Positions 9,876 through 19,971 of a DNA stretch of 64,000 nucleotides are shown one piece after another. The first letter of the stretch is position 1, and every line of letters starts with the position of its first letter. The stretch spans positions 1 to 64,000 of the forward strand of contig VRVR01000050.1 in assembly GCA_009859145.1 (NCBI GenBank). Direction: 5' to 3'. The position numbers and the translations under genes are program-made. The notes under the pieces are model-generated. The model was not told the origin of the DNA. It searched no databases and worked only from the letters and a program-made list of their open reading frames with translations. Source of the stretch: Andalucia godoyi And28 (lineage: Eukaryota > Protista > Jakobida).

Positions 9876-11060
9876 TCATGCAATGGCTGCGGTTGAAAGG
9901 GTTGGGTCCCACAGAGGTGCGGAAGGATATCGGACAGGGTGCGATCCGTATTTCGGCAAGTTGAATGGCAAGAGATAGCAGAGGAAATCGAGAAGCGTTT
10001 GCTTTCCATGGAACGCGTGGCCGTTGCTATGTGCCCCAAGCATTTCACGCATGTTTCGCAAGAAGCCGTAGTTATATTTGCTGACGAAGCGCGATTTTCC
10101 GCGAGCTGCTGCAATCCGACTGAGTCGTTGGTTGATGGAATGCTCAATTGCCGTCTGGTTTGTCAAGACGTAGTAGGCATGCCATCCAGAAAAAATAAGC
10201 ATTCCGAGAGCCAAGCACACGCAGAAGATGCCGTCAATCACTACAAGCAGTAGTCCGAATATCCCCAAGGGAAACCTCGGATTTCCGTTGCTTGAAGAGG
10301 GAGAGGAAGAAGACGGAGACGGAGACGGAGACATCGAGCTTGAGAGCAAGAGAAGAAACTGAGCAAGCAACACACAGTACCAGCAGGCAGCAAGGGCGCA
10401 GTAAACCACGAAGAGAAAGAAGTACTTGTAGTTGTAGAATCCGACGCAGTTGTCGATCCAAACGCAGTGGTGATCCATCCGCAGTACGCAAGTCCCACAG
10501 TCCCAGCAGTGATGCGCTCTTTCTGGTCTGGGTACCCCCAATTCACACTTTGTGCAGAAGTTGCGGTACGCTCCGTCATCGAATGGCTGCTGCTCTTGCT
10601 CGGGCGCGTCACTATCATATTCGAACTCGTATCCGGAAGCAGATGATTGTTGATTAACAGATGGCACAAGGTCGGCTTCCGGTGCTGCGAGTGTCCCAGG
10701 ATCCGTCCAGGCGGCCATCAAGTACGAGTAATACATTGTGCAGATAAGAAACAAAAAGACGCACCATGTTGCTCGAACACGGAGCGGCCACGGAATGTCG
10801 TCGGAAATCCAGCTCGATGCGAGAGGCTCCGAGGGTGAAGACGAAGACGAAGACGACGATGGTGAGGCAGCGGGAGTGGCAGAGGCAGCGGATGCGGCTG
10901 GAGTATCTGCCAAGTGTGGATAATACGGAACCGTCGCCACACACAACAGATAAGCTGCAAAGGAGAATTGCGCAACACCGGTGGTGATGACGAGAAAGAA
11001 GGGAAATAAATCGCACGACATGCGCATTCGAAACAAACGCCGAGGCCGTAAAATCATCAT
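9876..11060 (-). CDS. DHHC palmitoyltransferase
   Basis: PERAHHCWDCGTCVLRMDHHCVWIDNCVGFYNYKYF, flanking TM helices and TNQTAIE (TTxE-like motif). The start codon is uncertain. Confidence 0.95.
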   Translation of the reverse strand: MMILRPRRLFRMRMSCDLFPFFLVITTGVAQFSFAAYLLCVATVPYYPHLADTPAASAASATPAASPSSSSSSSSPSEPLASSWISDDIPWPLRVRATWCVFLFLICTMYYSYLMAAWTDPGTLAAPEADLVPSVNQQSSASGYEFEYDSDAPEQEQQPFDDGAYRNFCTKCELGVPRPERAHHCWDCGTCVLRMDHHCVWIDNCVGFYNYKYFFLFVVYCALAACWYCVLLAQFLLLLSSSMSPSPSPSSSSPSSSNGNPRFPLGIFGLLLVVIDGIFCVCLALGMLIFSGWHAYYVLTNQTAIEHSINQRLSRIAAARGKSRFVSKYNYGFLRNMREMLGAHSNGHAFHGKQTLLDFLCYLLPFNLPKYGSHPVRYPSAPLWDPTLSTAAIA

Positions 11061-11362
11061 CTTGCTTCTCGCTCTTCTTCTCGCTCCCTAATCGATCAGT
11101 CTGTCTGCCACCCTGTCTGCCAGTCAGTCAGGAAAAACAGAAACTCTTCTTCTCCACGGGGTTCCACTTGTCTTGCCTCCACCCACAGCTGAGGATTCTT
11201 GAAATGAGAGAGAAAAGGCGGTGAGAAAGGAAAGGGAAAAAGGGAAAAACGTAAGAAAACTTTCATGGCGTGACAAGATGTATTTCTTCGTCGAATCATT
11301 TGTTGGTTTGCAACCTCGAGCTGCGCGTGACCTATTTGAGTCCCTATTGCTGAGGATTATAA

Positions 11363-12017
11363 CCCTCCAAAAACCTAAAGCCTCTCCAAACATTTGTCTC
11401 GCATGCTGCGCCTCAGACAGATTTTATTTAGCATAAAGTGACTTTTACAATCAACATGGAGTTCCCTTTTTGAGTGGGACATCCGTGGGTCTGCGCACCC
11501 CCAAAACAGAAACAGCCCATGCTTTCGTCAGAGCTCTCTACTAGAACAATGAGTGCATTCCTTAAAAACCGTTTGGACCTTGGGAACCAGGGGGAAAACT
11601 AGGGATTTCAACGAACTTCATTTATTGCCATTCCGCATTTCTGTCCACTGGTTCATTTTCGTGTTCTTCAATCTCTGTTTTCAATCGAGCGGATAGTGTA
11701 TTGGTTGTTGATTGGCAATGGAGTGCGCCACAGAGGGAGAGAGAGGCTGCGGCGGAGGAATCATCGATTACAACGAATCGGGTTGTCAGTATTCGAGAGT
11801 ATCTCTTATTGGGCCTCGACCTGGCACACCTACGCCGCCGCGACAACAAAAAAACAACAGCAAAAAGAAAAAGGTCGGCCTTCGTTCATCAGCAACGTCG
11901 ACGACTGTAAAAAAAAACTCAGCCATACTATCCGATGGATATTCTCAGTCGTCCACCATTTATAGTATGCAGTACAATGATCCATCCCGCAACGCCGCAT
12001 TCCGATCGTTCTGGGTT
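11363..12017. mobile_element. Degenerate TIR-type non-autonomous element, long copy; homologous to 56241-56464
   Basis: Three blocks (11363-11452, 11761-11831, 11919-11957) align, reverse-complemented, to 56464-56381, 56366-56297 and 56296-56260. It begins TAA-CCCTCCAA. The other end is degenerate. Confidence 0.65.
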
Positions 12018-12227
12018 CTCCGTCGCTCGCCAAAACATAATTCATAAAACGGTCCACCGTGTCGCTCCCACTGTTCTACACTGGGCAGTCCAAAAAGAAA
12101 CGTATCGTCTGATTATCTCGCCATTGGAAGTTTTTGTATCTGGTATTTGTTTTATTCGTATATTTCATATTTATTTATTGTTATTTATTTTTTTTAACGG
12201 GTTCATGGTTGTGTCGATTGGTCGGCG

Positions 12228-13163
12228 ATGACAGCGCTGCTTTCCTTGTTTGATTCCGGGTTCCTGACAACTCGATCTGGGAAAGTCGTCCACTTTGTTC
12301 TGTGTGCATCGTTGATATTCTGTTTATTGCTGTACGCGTTCACGGTACTTCTACTGGATCCAAACGATCCGCTGGTTGTGGGCTTGTTTTGCATGGTCAG
12401 CACAGTGTGGGTAACCGGACTTGGACTGCACTGTCTTTTGTTTCTGCGGTTGGAGTTTGAATGCCGCCGCTCGCTGGACAATGCCCTTGCACCGCGCTCC
12501 TGGATTATGTACTACTACTCATTCTTTATGATTTTGCAGGCGATCATCGACATCGTGTACAATTTCTTTTCGGTCTTCAAGTCCAACATCCTTCCTCTTG
12601 TGTTCTTGCAGATTGCAACCATCATGCTGGAATTCACCCTGTTGCTGAGTACTACGCGTCTTGACACAATCTGGTACTTTGGGCCAAAGAACGGGGCTAT
12701 CACAATCGGCCAGCTCAAGGTGTTCTACGTTTCCTTTGGATTGTGTGCATTCACGCTTATTGTCTTGAATATCGCTACAGAGCTGTTTGGTGTTTTGGAC
12801 AACGAAGAAGTTAATCCGTACGTTCGCATGTTGATCATCTGCGCCGTGATTGTCCATCTCAAGGTCCTTCCATTTGTTCTGAAGCTCTTCTTCATGAAGA
12901 TCCGGAATCCAAATCTAATTGTCGCTGATTTCATCTCTCCGTCTGTCGACGCCTTCATCGAACATCGACTCGCAGAGAATCGTAATCGCAATAATAGTAG
13001 TAATCCTGACGGTGGTGATAATACTGCCAATTCTCAGGTGAAGATGATCAAGAAAAGGGATAAAAGGACAAGTAAGAACGCAGCCAGGCATGCAAGTATA
13101 AGCGGCATCGGTGGAGATTTTGAAATGCTGCTTGGTCCAGAAGAGGAAACGAGCGCGGCGTAG
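12228..13163 (+). CDS. Multi-pass membrane protein of unknown family
   Basis: 311-aa ORF with about 6-7 hydrophobic segments and a polar C-tail. Confidence 0.7.
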   Translation: MTALLSLFDSGFLTTRSGKVVHFVLCASLIFCLLLYAFTVLLLDPNDPLVVGLFCMVSTVWVTGLGLHCLLFLRLEFECRRSLDNALAPRSWIMYYYSFFMILQAIIDIVYNFFSVFKSNILPLVFLQIATIMLEFTLLLSTTRLDTIWYFGPKNGAITIGQLKVFYVSFGLCAFTLIVLNIATELFGVLDNEEVNPYVRMLIICAVIVHLKVLPFVLKLFFMKIRNPNLIVADFISPSVDAFIEHRLAENRNRNNSSNPDGGDNTANSQVKMIKKRDKRTSKNAARHASISGIGGDFEMLLGPEEETSAA

Positions 13164-13854
13164 TTGGTATATGAACAATCATACCCCTGATGTGTGCCTC
13201 TGGGGAAGCAAGTGCGTTAAAATGATGCCGATACCTCTGAGAATCCAAGGCACTGTACCTTATTAAGCAGTGATGTGGCTGCGTGTCGCCTGGAAATGAA
13301 AAGCGCACCGTTGGCAACTGTTGAACTAGTCTTCATCGCATTTTATTTCGTTTTCCCTGGATTCGTTTATTTTTTGGTGGTAAAATGCTTGAAATTCCTA
13401 AGGTACCGTTTAATTTCCCCCTCATCCGGTTAGAACTGAAATAAACGTGCTGGGGGTCTGATTCCTGGGCGATTCATTCGTAGGATCGATTATCATCATG
13501 TGCAGCACTGCAATACTCCCCCAATGAGAACCAATTAACGTTGATGCTGTGTATCGGCGAACTGTCGTACAGTGGTGGCACTCGCAGCCGTTTGTCGGGG
13601 ATTCTGCCCATTTGCCCATCGTCATCATTGCCATCATCATCGTTATCATCATCGTCAAAATTCTTTCGAAGAGAATTTCCTCCAACCTCCCACTTCTTCT
13701 CTTAAACAGAGCAAAAAAGGAGTACCACTACCACTACCACTACAACTACGATTCTGTTGTTTTGATTTCTCGTATCCATTCATACTCTTGTCACTATCAT
13801 TATCATTTGTGTGCTAAGAGTCTCAATTCTGAATTCTGAGATTTCCGTTGACCA

Positions 13855-14835
13855 ATGTCTGCGACGACGTCATCAATGTCGACGACTGGGGCGTCCGGGT
13901 CCAAAATCCATGTTCATTCAGCGGATCTGTTCCTTGATCTGTGCAATTCGGCGGATTGGACGATCCGCGTTCCAAAGGCAGGGGAATCGCCCGTACCTCG
14001 CAACCCCCGTGAGCAAATGATGGAGGTTGCTGCAAAGGCCAAGAAGGACGCGCGAAGAAAAGCAATGGAGGAAGAAGACATTCACTTTCGAGCCCAAGTG
14101 CAGCGTGCTGAACGGGAAAAGTCCAGAAAACGAGAGGCTGTGTTTCAGGATCGCTACAGGCGGATATTGGAGGAGGAAACATCATTTGTACAGCACGTGA
14201 AGGAGTATCTTTCCATGACGGAAAGAGCGAACGGTGCGAAGCGCGAGCAGCTCTATCGAGAGTGGATCGAGGCTGTATACTTGCCGATTCAGGCGCAGAT
14301 CTCGAATCGCATCGACTCGACTTCGGTGGAGGAGATTGAGAAACGGAGAAGAGACATGTTTGCAGAGTTTCTGCATCAGACAAACACAAAGGAGGGGCTA
14401 TTCAGAGACATCATCATGGAGCACGAATATAATCCGCTGCGGGCTCGGGACTTTACGGTCAAGTACTCGGATCCAGACGACTTGACAGACCCAACAAGAC
14501 GGGTGGTTGTTGCGAAGACAGCGGAGGAACGGGCTTCCTCGGCGTCCAAGGCCACAGGCGTCTCCCGCAGAGTGAAGGCTCCTCCTCCAAGATCCAGAGA
14601 AGTGTTTGATATTCGACAGTGGGACAGGCCGGAGGCGACTCCGTATGGCAGATACAACTTGCCTGTCGACGAGACTCCTTCAGGCCCGGTACGGAATAAG
14701 ACATCTCTTTCGCGAGTGGTCTTTGATCATTATGATATTCCGCAAGGGAAGGACGCGGTGCAAAAGGAATGGCCGAAAGGGAAGCGCGTGTTCGCAGACT
14801 GGGTGCCTGGTCAGAAAATTCAAGATTCTCTATGA
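13855..14835 (+). CDS. FAM228-like protein
   Basis: EETSFVQHVKEYL...KREQLYREWIEAVYLPIQAQI...FLHQTNTKEG..F.....EYNPL resembles the FAM228 core (recalled, not searched). Confidence 0.55.
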   Translation: MSATTSSMSTTGASGSKIHVHSADLFLDLCNSADWTIRVPKAGESPVPRNPREQMMEVAAKAKKDARRKAMEEEDIHFRAQVQRAEREKSRKREAVFQDRYRRILEEETSFVQHVKEYLSMTERANGAKREQLYREWIEAVYLPIQAQISNRIDSTSVEEIEKRRRDMFAEFLHQTNTKEGLFRDIIMEHEYNPLRARDFTVKYSDPDDLTDPTRRVVVAKTAEERASSASKATGVSRRVKAPPPRSREVFDIRQWDRPEATPYGRYNLPVDETPSGPVRNKTSLSRVVFDHYDIPQGKDAVQKEWPKGKRVFADWVPGQKIQDSL

Positions 14836-14955
14836 TGGGTTCGCTTACCATCATCACCCCACCCCCTTCGTCTTCGTCTTCTTCTTGGCTGTCTTCTTGG
14901 CACTTTATGAAAATTGGAGCCACTGTAATAAATACACAGAACTGTTTGTACTATA

Positions 14956-17900
14956 TCAAGCAAGCGAATCACCTGCAGATTGCTGTGAATCGGACGAGCG
15001 AACAGCCATCAACGAGGATCGAAAACCCATCTTCACCAGCATCTTCTTCAACTCGGCGAGATCACGACTCCACATCTTCTGCGGCGTGGTGTTCTTGATC
15101 ATTTCAAAATCAGCCTTCTTGGACTCAAAGTCCTTTTCCAGCTGCATTTTCCGTTCCGATGTCAGCGACGACAGCGGTAAGCTCAGCAACGAATCGATCT
15201 CGGCATCGGAAATGTCATGCAGCAACGGATCCCTCGAAATCAGACATGTGCGGACCGCCTCCAGAACGCCCTTCTTGGGAACACCGACAAGAGTAACCGT
15301 TCCAGAACAAACAGAATCCACAAACTGCACTTTCGCTGCAAGAGTGCGAATGGCAGCAGAAAGGTCGGACAGCATGCGAAGCTTTCGTTTTCCATAGTAC
15401 TGCAAACGGATGGGAAAGTATTCCTTGAGAATGTCCAAAGATGACGAAAAACGTCTGATGGAAGACGCATCCGCGGAAAACGCATGCATATTCGTTGTCG
15501 ATATTGGGGATTCAAGCTTGAGCGTTCGCAGAAATTCGCCTTCGTTGGACAGCAACTGCGTCAAGGACTTTCGGTCGAACTTGATGCGAAAATGGACTTC
15601 GATGTCGGTGTGGAACTCCTCCACTTGCGAGACATTCGGCAGACCTTCGAGGACCTGTTTATAGTCTTGAATCCACCTGCCAACAGGGAGCTCGGTGATC
15701 TCTACTGCAACAGGGGACGTGACCTTGTAGAGTCCTCTCGTAATGTACCGACCGGGGGTGGGAGTCGGCACAATGGAACCTTTGAATCCCCGAAAGAACG
15801 GATGCATGGGAATGGGCTCCAGTCCAGACAACATCCGCACAACATTGTCGAGGATGTCCATCGGATTGTACGACGGAATGTCGGTCGAGTATCCAGTGCC
15901 AACGCCCTGACCACCGTTGACAAGTAGCATCGGGATAATGGGAACAAAGAACATGGGCTCAACGGTCTCGCCGTCCTCGACGCGTGGATCGAGAATCGCA
16001 TCGTCCTCGGGCCGGAACAACAATCGAGTGACCGAGTTCAACCGAGTAAATATGTAGCGGGATGACGCTGCGTCGCTTCCTCCGGAAAGACGAGTGCCAA
16101 ATTGTCCGTTGGGGTCCAGCAGATTGAGATTGTTTCCGCTACCGACATAGTCCTGCGCCATGTTCACAATCGTGCCTTGAAGTGACTGCTCACCGTGATG
16201 GTACTGTGTCTGTTCAGCAACGTACCCGGATAGCTGCGCGACCTTCATTTCCTGCACCAGATTCTTTTTGAAGCACGCGTACAAGATCTTCCGCTGCCCA
16301 GGTTTCAGTCCATCAATAACATTCGGAATCGCTCGAACGTTGTTGGCGTGCGAAAACAGAATCAATTCCCGATCAACAAACTCCCGGAAGGTCACAAACC
16401 CAGCAGAGTGGTCGACAAAGGTATCCGGTTGCAGCGAGGAGAGCCATTCTTTGCGGTCATCGGCTTTTGTCTTGTCGAACGCCAGCTGGATTCGAGCGTC
16501 GTCTTGCTGTCCTTCATACCGAAATGCGATGCGCAACTTGTCTAGATTCCTGAAGTACCGCTTCCCTTCTTCCGACGTGTTGGTTCCCAGACCCTTGTAA
16601 TACTTGATACGGTAGCCGGAGGCAACACCTTCGCCAACCTCGGATCGCCACATCTCATACTGCGGAATGGTGAAAAATTCGAGAGAGGAAGACCCCTTGG
16701 TCACCTTGATAATGGGCGTGATGAATTCTTCCAGGAATGTCCCACAGCGAAGCAACGCCGGCCAGTAGTGGTGCAACATATTAATGAAGAGCCCTTTGAT
16801 GTGCGATCCGTCGTGATCCTGGTCGCACATCAGCACGACTCTTCCGTATCGCAGCGTTCGTCGCTGCTCTTCGGTTTCGTACGCACAAGAATGACTCAGC
16901 CCAAGAATTGTCTTGATCTGATTGAGTTCCTCATTCTTCAAAATCGACTCGAACGATGCGTCTCTCACATTCACGAGTTTGCCCTTCAGAGGAAACACTC
17001 CGTAGCGATCGCGTCCCACCACGGAAAGCCCTGCGACAGCCAGTGCCTTTGCGGAATCCCCCTCGGTCAGAATCAGCGAGCATTCCCACCCTTGGGACGT
17101 GCCAGCCCAGTTCGCGTCCTCCAGTTTTTCAACACCCTTCAGTCTCACCTTTCCCCTGGTAGATGCCTTCTTGTCCAGCTCAATAAGCTGTTTGGTTTTG
17201 AAGACCGATACCAATTCATCCACAACTGAACTTGATGCGATCAGACGGTTGAACACGGAATCCGAGATCGCTGCATCCGTTTCGAACGTCGCAGGTTTCG
17301 TCATCAACGTTTCCTTTGTCTGGGAGTCAAAGGCCGGGTTTGGAACCATTGCATTGACAAATATCGACAGCTGATTCTTCAGAGCCGGCTTCGATATTCG
17401 CAAGCGATGTTTCTTGGCGAGCAGTTCAACCAGACGGGTCGCAATCTGATCGAAGATCTCCGAAACATGCGTGCCGCCACGAGACGTGAAAATCGAATTG
17501 CAAAACGAAATGCTTGGTTGCTGAATCGGAGACCCAATTGCGATTTCCCATAAATTATTGAGCCTGGCATACGCAAACGTCGCCGGACCCGTATCTTCCA
17601 CAACCTGCTCTGTTGCGTCGACATTTCTCCGCGTCGCTCGGTGTTGATTTTCCGATCTGTAATACATCGAAACATACTCCTCGAAGCCTGCGATCCCGAC
17701 AGGCTCGTCATTCAAGACGACGTGCAGCCCACGATTGCACGCCGCAAGGTCCATCACGCGTCTTCTGAGCAGCCCAAGCGTACCGTTCTTGAGAAACGAA
17801 ATCGGATCCCTTCGAATCCCTAACTTCTCGAAATCTGGAAGAAAGGAAACTTCCGTGAAGTCCGAAAGTCCCCTTTTCTGCGTCTCGAGCAATGGTCGGT

Positions 17901-18516
17901 CACAGACCCGCATGTTGCTCTTCCACAACTGCGAGTATGCAATTCCATGAACAGAATCTGCAGTTCGCAGCGCAAACTCTGTGGAAAACACATTTGTCAG
18001 CTTTGCGCCAAAACCATTTCTTCCACCCGTGAACTTGCTTTCCGAGTCATCGAAATTGCTCCCTGTTAGCAAATGCCCAAAAACAAGCTCGGGAATGTAA
18101 ATCCCTTCTTTCTGATGAATCACTACTGGAACTCCCTTTCCATTATTATACACCGTCACTCGCCCAGTGACATCATCAATTGACACGCGCACCTCTGTCG
18201 TTCCCGTGTTTGGCCTTCGAAAGTTGTCCACAGCATTCACCAAGACCTCGTCAACGATCTTGTACAGCGCTGGAACGTACTTGATCTTTTTGTACTCCAC
18301 CTCATTTCTTCTGTTCAATATGTACGCATCTTGTTCGGAAATCTCTGTGGATCCAACATACGTGTCCGGACGCAAAAGAATGTGCTCAATTTGTGTCTTT
18401 TTTTCATACACTTCTTCAAACGACTTGGACTTTGCAACAGAAAACCGCCTCGTGCCAAGCCCACAGCGACGCCCAAGGGCTGCCGAACAAGGCAGTACCG
18501 AAAACAGACGAAGCAT
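14956..18516 (-). CDS. TOP2: Type IIA DNA topoisomerase with a putative mitochondrial presequence
   Basis: EHILLRPDTYVGS, DEVLVNAVDN, GGRNGFGAKLTN, LTEGDSAK, PLKGK, DQDHDGSHI, YKGLGT and catalytic SRY are all present. The N-terminus is Arg/Ser/Leu-rich and the C-tail is short. Confidence 0.97.
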   Translation of the reverse strand: MLRLFSVLPCSAALGRRCGLGTRRFSVAKSKSFEEVYEKKTQIEHILLRPDTYVGSTEISEQDAYILNRRNEVEYKKIKYVPALYKIVDEVLVNAVDNFRRPNTGTTEVRVSIDDVTGRVTVYNNGKGVPVVIHQKEGIYIPELVFGHLLTGSNFDDSESKFTGGRNGFGAKLTNVFSTEFALRTADSVHGIAYSQLWKSNMRVCDRPLLETQKRGLSDFTEVSFLPDFEKLGIRRDPISFLKNGTLGLLRRRVMDLAACNRGLHVVLNDEPVGIAGFEEYVSMYYRSENQHRATRRNVDATEQVVEDTGPATFAYARLNNLWEIAIGSPIQQPSISFCNSIFTSRGGTHVSEIFDQIATRLVELLAKKHRLRISKPALKNQLSIFVNAMVPNPAFDSQTKETLMTKPATFETDAAISDSVFNRLIASSSVVDELVSVFKTKQLIELDKKASTRGKVRLKGVEKLEDANWAGTSQGWECSLILTEGDSAKALAVAGLSVVGRDRYGVFPLKGKLVNVRDASFESILKNEELNQIKTILGLSHSCAYETEEQRRTLRYGRVVLMCDQDHDGSHIKGLFINMLHHYWPALLRCGTFLEEFITPIIKVTKGSSSLEFFTIPQYEMWRSEVGEGVASGYRIKYYKGLGTNTSEEGKRYFRNLDKLRIAFRYEGQQDDARIQLAFDKTKADDRKEWLSSLQPDTFVDHSAGFVTFREFVDRELILFSHANNVRAIPNVIDGLKPGQRKILYACFKKNLVQEMKVAQLSGYVAEQTQYHHGEQSLQGTIVNMAQDYVGSGNNLNLLDPNGQFGTRLSGGSDAASSRYIFTRLNSVTRLLFRPEDDAILDPRVEDGETVEPMFFVPIIPMLLVNGGQGVGTGYSTDIPSYNPMDILDNVVRMLSGLEPIPMHPFFRGFKGSIVPTPTPGRYITRGLYKVTSPVAVEITELPVGRWIQDYKQVLEGLPNVSQVEEFHTDIEVHFRIKFDRKSLTQLLSNEGEFLRTLKLESPISTTNMHAFSADASSIRRFSSSLDILKEYFPIRLQYYGKRKLRMLSDLSAAIRTLAAKVQFVDSVCSGTVTLVGVPKKGVLEAVRTCLISRDPLLHDISDAEIDSLLSLPLSSLTSERKMQLEKDFESKKADFEMIKNTTPQKMWSRDLAELKKMLVKMGFRSSLMAVRSSDSQQSAGDSLA

Positions 18517-18758
18517 TGTCCAAATGGAATTTGCAAATCCGAAAAATTAGTCCTTTTAAAAGTCGAAATTAAAGAAAAAGCCACGGGGAAAATAAAAGGA
18601 AAAGAAAGCGATACTTTTAGTCGATTCAGGAAACGCACAGCCTCAAGTCCTCAACCTTACAAAAGCAAGCCCACTTCCCGCCGACCAAACGACCTTCGAA
18701 AGCCGAGAAAGCTACTGTGTGGTAAAACGACTGCGAGGAGCGCGTGGGAACGAGTGAA

Positions 18759-19346
18759 ATGAGATTGCTGGGGTTTGTGGTGGTGGCAGTGGTGCTGGTG
18801 TTCTCTACGATTGGTGCGTCTGCATCGTCTGCGGTGGTGAGCATTCGTCCTGGAGAGATCAATAGCATTTCGTCGAATGAGGCGTTCCGGACTGTGAAGG
18901 GTCTTCCGTATGTGCTGTTGCTGACACAACATGCAACGTCACGCATGTCAAAGAAGGTGCTTGAGGAAATCGGCCTATGGGCATCAAAGTGCCGGCCACA
19001 CAACTTGTTTGTATTTTCTGCGGATCCAGCAATCGTCACGGACTACCGAGAGTTTTTGGATCAGAACAGCGTGCGCATGGAAGTCATTGGCTACGGTGAC
19101 CCAAAGCAGTACGTATACTCTGGATCTGGCAGCGTTGTCTTTATGCAAGACGGCAAGTTCATCGGGAGTGAGCACGGAATGCTCCTTACCATGCACAACA
19201 AGATTGCTCAAGTCGTGAAGAGCAAGTTCCCCTCCCTTCTTCCTGACGGTCAGCCGTTTTGTACCGCGGAAAGCCAGTCGGCAGCAACTGCGGCTGCGGA
19301 CAAAACCGATGACGTGGATAGTCCTGTCGGTCATTCGGAACTGTAG
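18759..19346 (+). CDS. Secretory-pathway protein with signal peptide and C-terminal HSEL
   Basis: MRLLGFVVVAVVLVFSTIGASA is signal-like. The protein ends ...GHSEL*. Confidence 0.65.
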   Translation: MRLLGFVVVAVVLVFSTIGASASSAVVSIRPGEINSISSNEAFRTVKGLPYVLLLTQHATSRMSKKVLEEIGLWASKCRPHNLFVFSADPAIVTDYREFLDQNSVRMEVIGYGDPKQYVYSGSGSVVFMQDGKFIGSEHGMLLTMHNKIAQVVKSKFPSLLPDGQPFCTAESQSAATAAADKTDDVDSPVGHSEL

Positions 19347-19400
19347 CTCCTCGAGACGGCGGGGGCGTTGATCCTGTGAAAATGTACGCAAGACGAGCCG

Positions 19401-19856
19401 TTGAATGATAACACGTCATTGTCATGCATACGGAAGGAAGTACATATAAACAGACACGATCAATACTGGCCGACACTAGCACGTTTGTTTCACAGGAACT
19501 TGTGCTTATGCACGCTCGGCCAAAGTTCAGCCTGTGACACAGGCTCCGCATTTCCGACACTCTTTAAGGCAACATCCACAGCCATCTATTCTATCGTTCG
19601 TTGGTTTCACTTTTTATGTCCACTTTTTGCAACGTTTGTGCCATAAGGCGACCGAGTATCGCGAGTGGCGGAAGCAAAATGTTTGCGTGTCCCGCGTGTA
19701 GCTCGCAGATTGATCGAGAGTGGAACGGAGCGCGGAACATTTATCTGAAGAACGCAGAGAGGCGTGTTGGGGCCTATCCCCTTCCCGGCAACGGGATGCA
19801 TGATTGAATATGCATGTCTATTCGTAGATATGCATGTTCAGGGTATAATGTAAGCG
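19401..19856 (+). mobile_element. Non-autonomous Fanzor2/IS607-TnpB-derived element, subfamily A, copy 2
   Basis: It aligns to copy 1. It encodes the remnants HFLQRLCHKATEY and GGSKMFACPACSSQIDREWNGARNIYLKN (second half of the Zn ribbon plus the RuvC-III region, with the catalytic D changed to E). A UUCG hairpin lies at 19805-19840. Confidence 0.85.
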
Positions 19857-19971
19857 CTGTGTGCCAATGGGTTGTCTGTCCCTAAGAACCGCATCGTTTT
19901 CTTTTGTTTCTTCTTTTTTTTTTAAATGCAGTGAAGTTTTCTTTTCTCTTTTTTTACTTTGATAAATTAGG

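Noticed and set aside
13220-13310. Possible C/D snoRNA boxes (ATGATGC, CTGA, GTGATG)
   Set aside because: The C box is imperfect, and there is no terminal D box, terminal stem or recognisable rRNA guide.
19485-19600. AYARSAKVQ in the subfamily A left region resembles the YARVS catalytic motif of IS607 serine recombinase
   Set aside because: The rest does not align with TnpA (no DLxRQ or DxxSG), copy 1 has a stop in this frame, and the third-position bias between copies is too slight. An HMM search would be needed.
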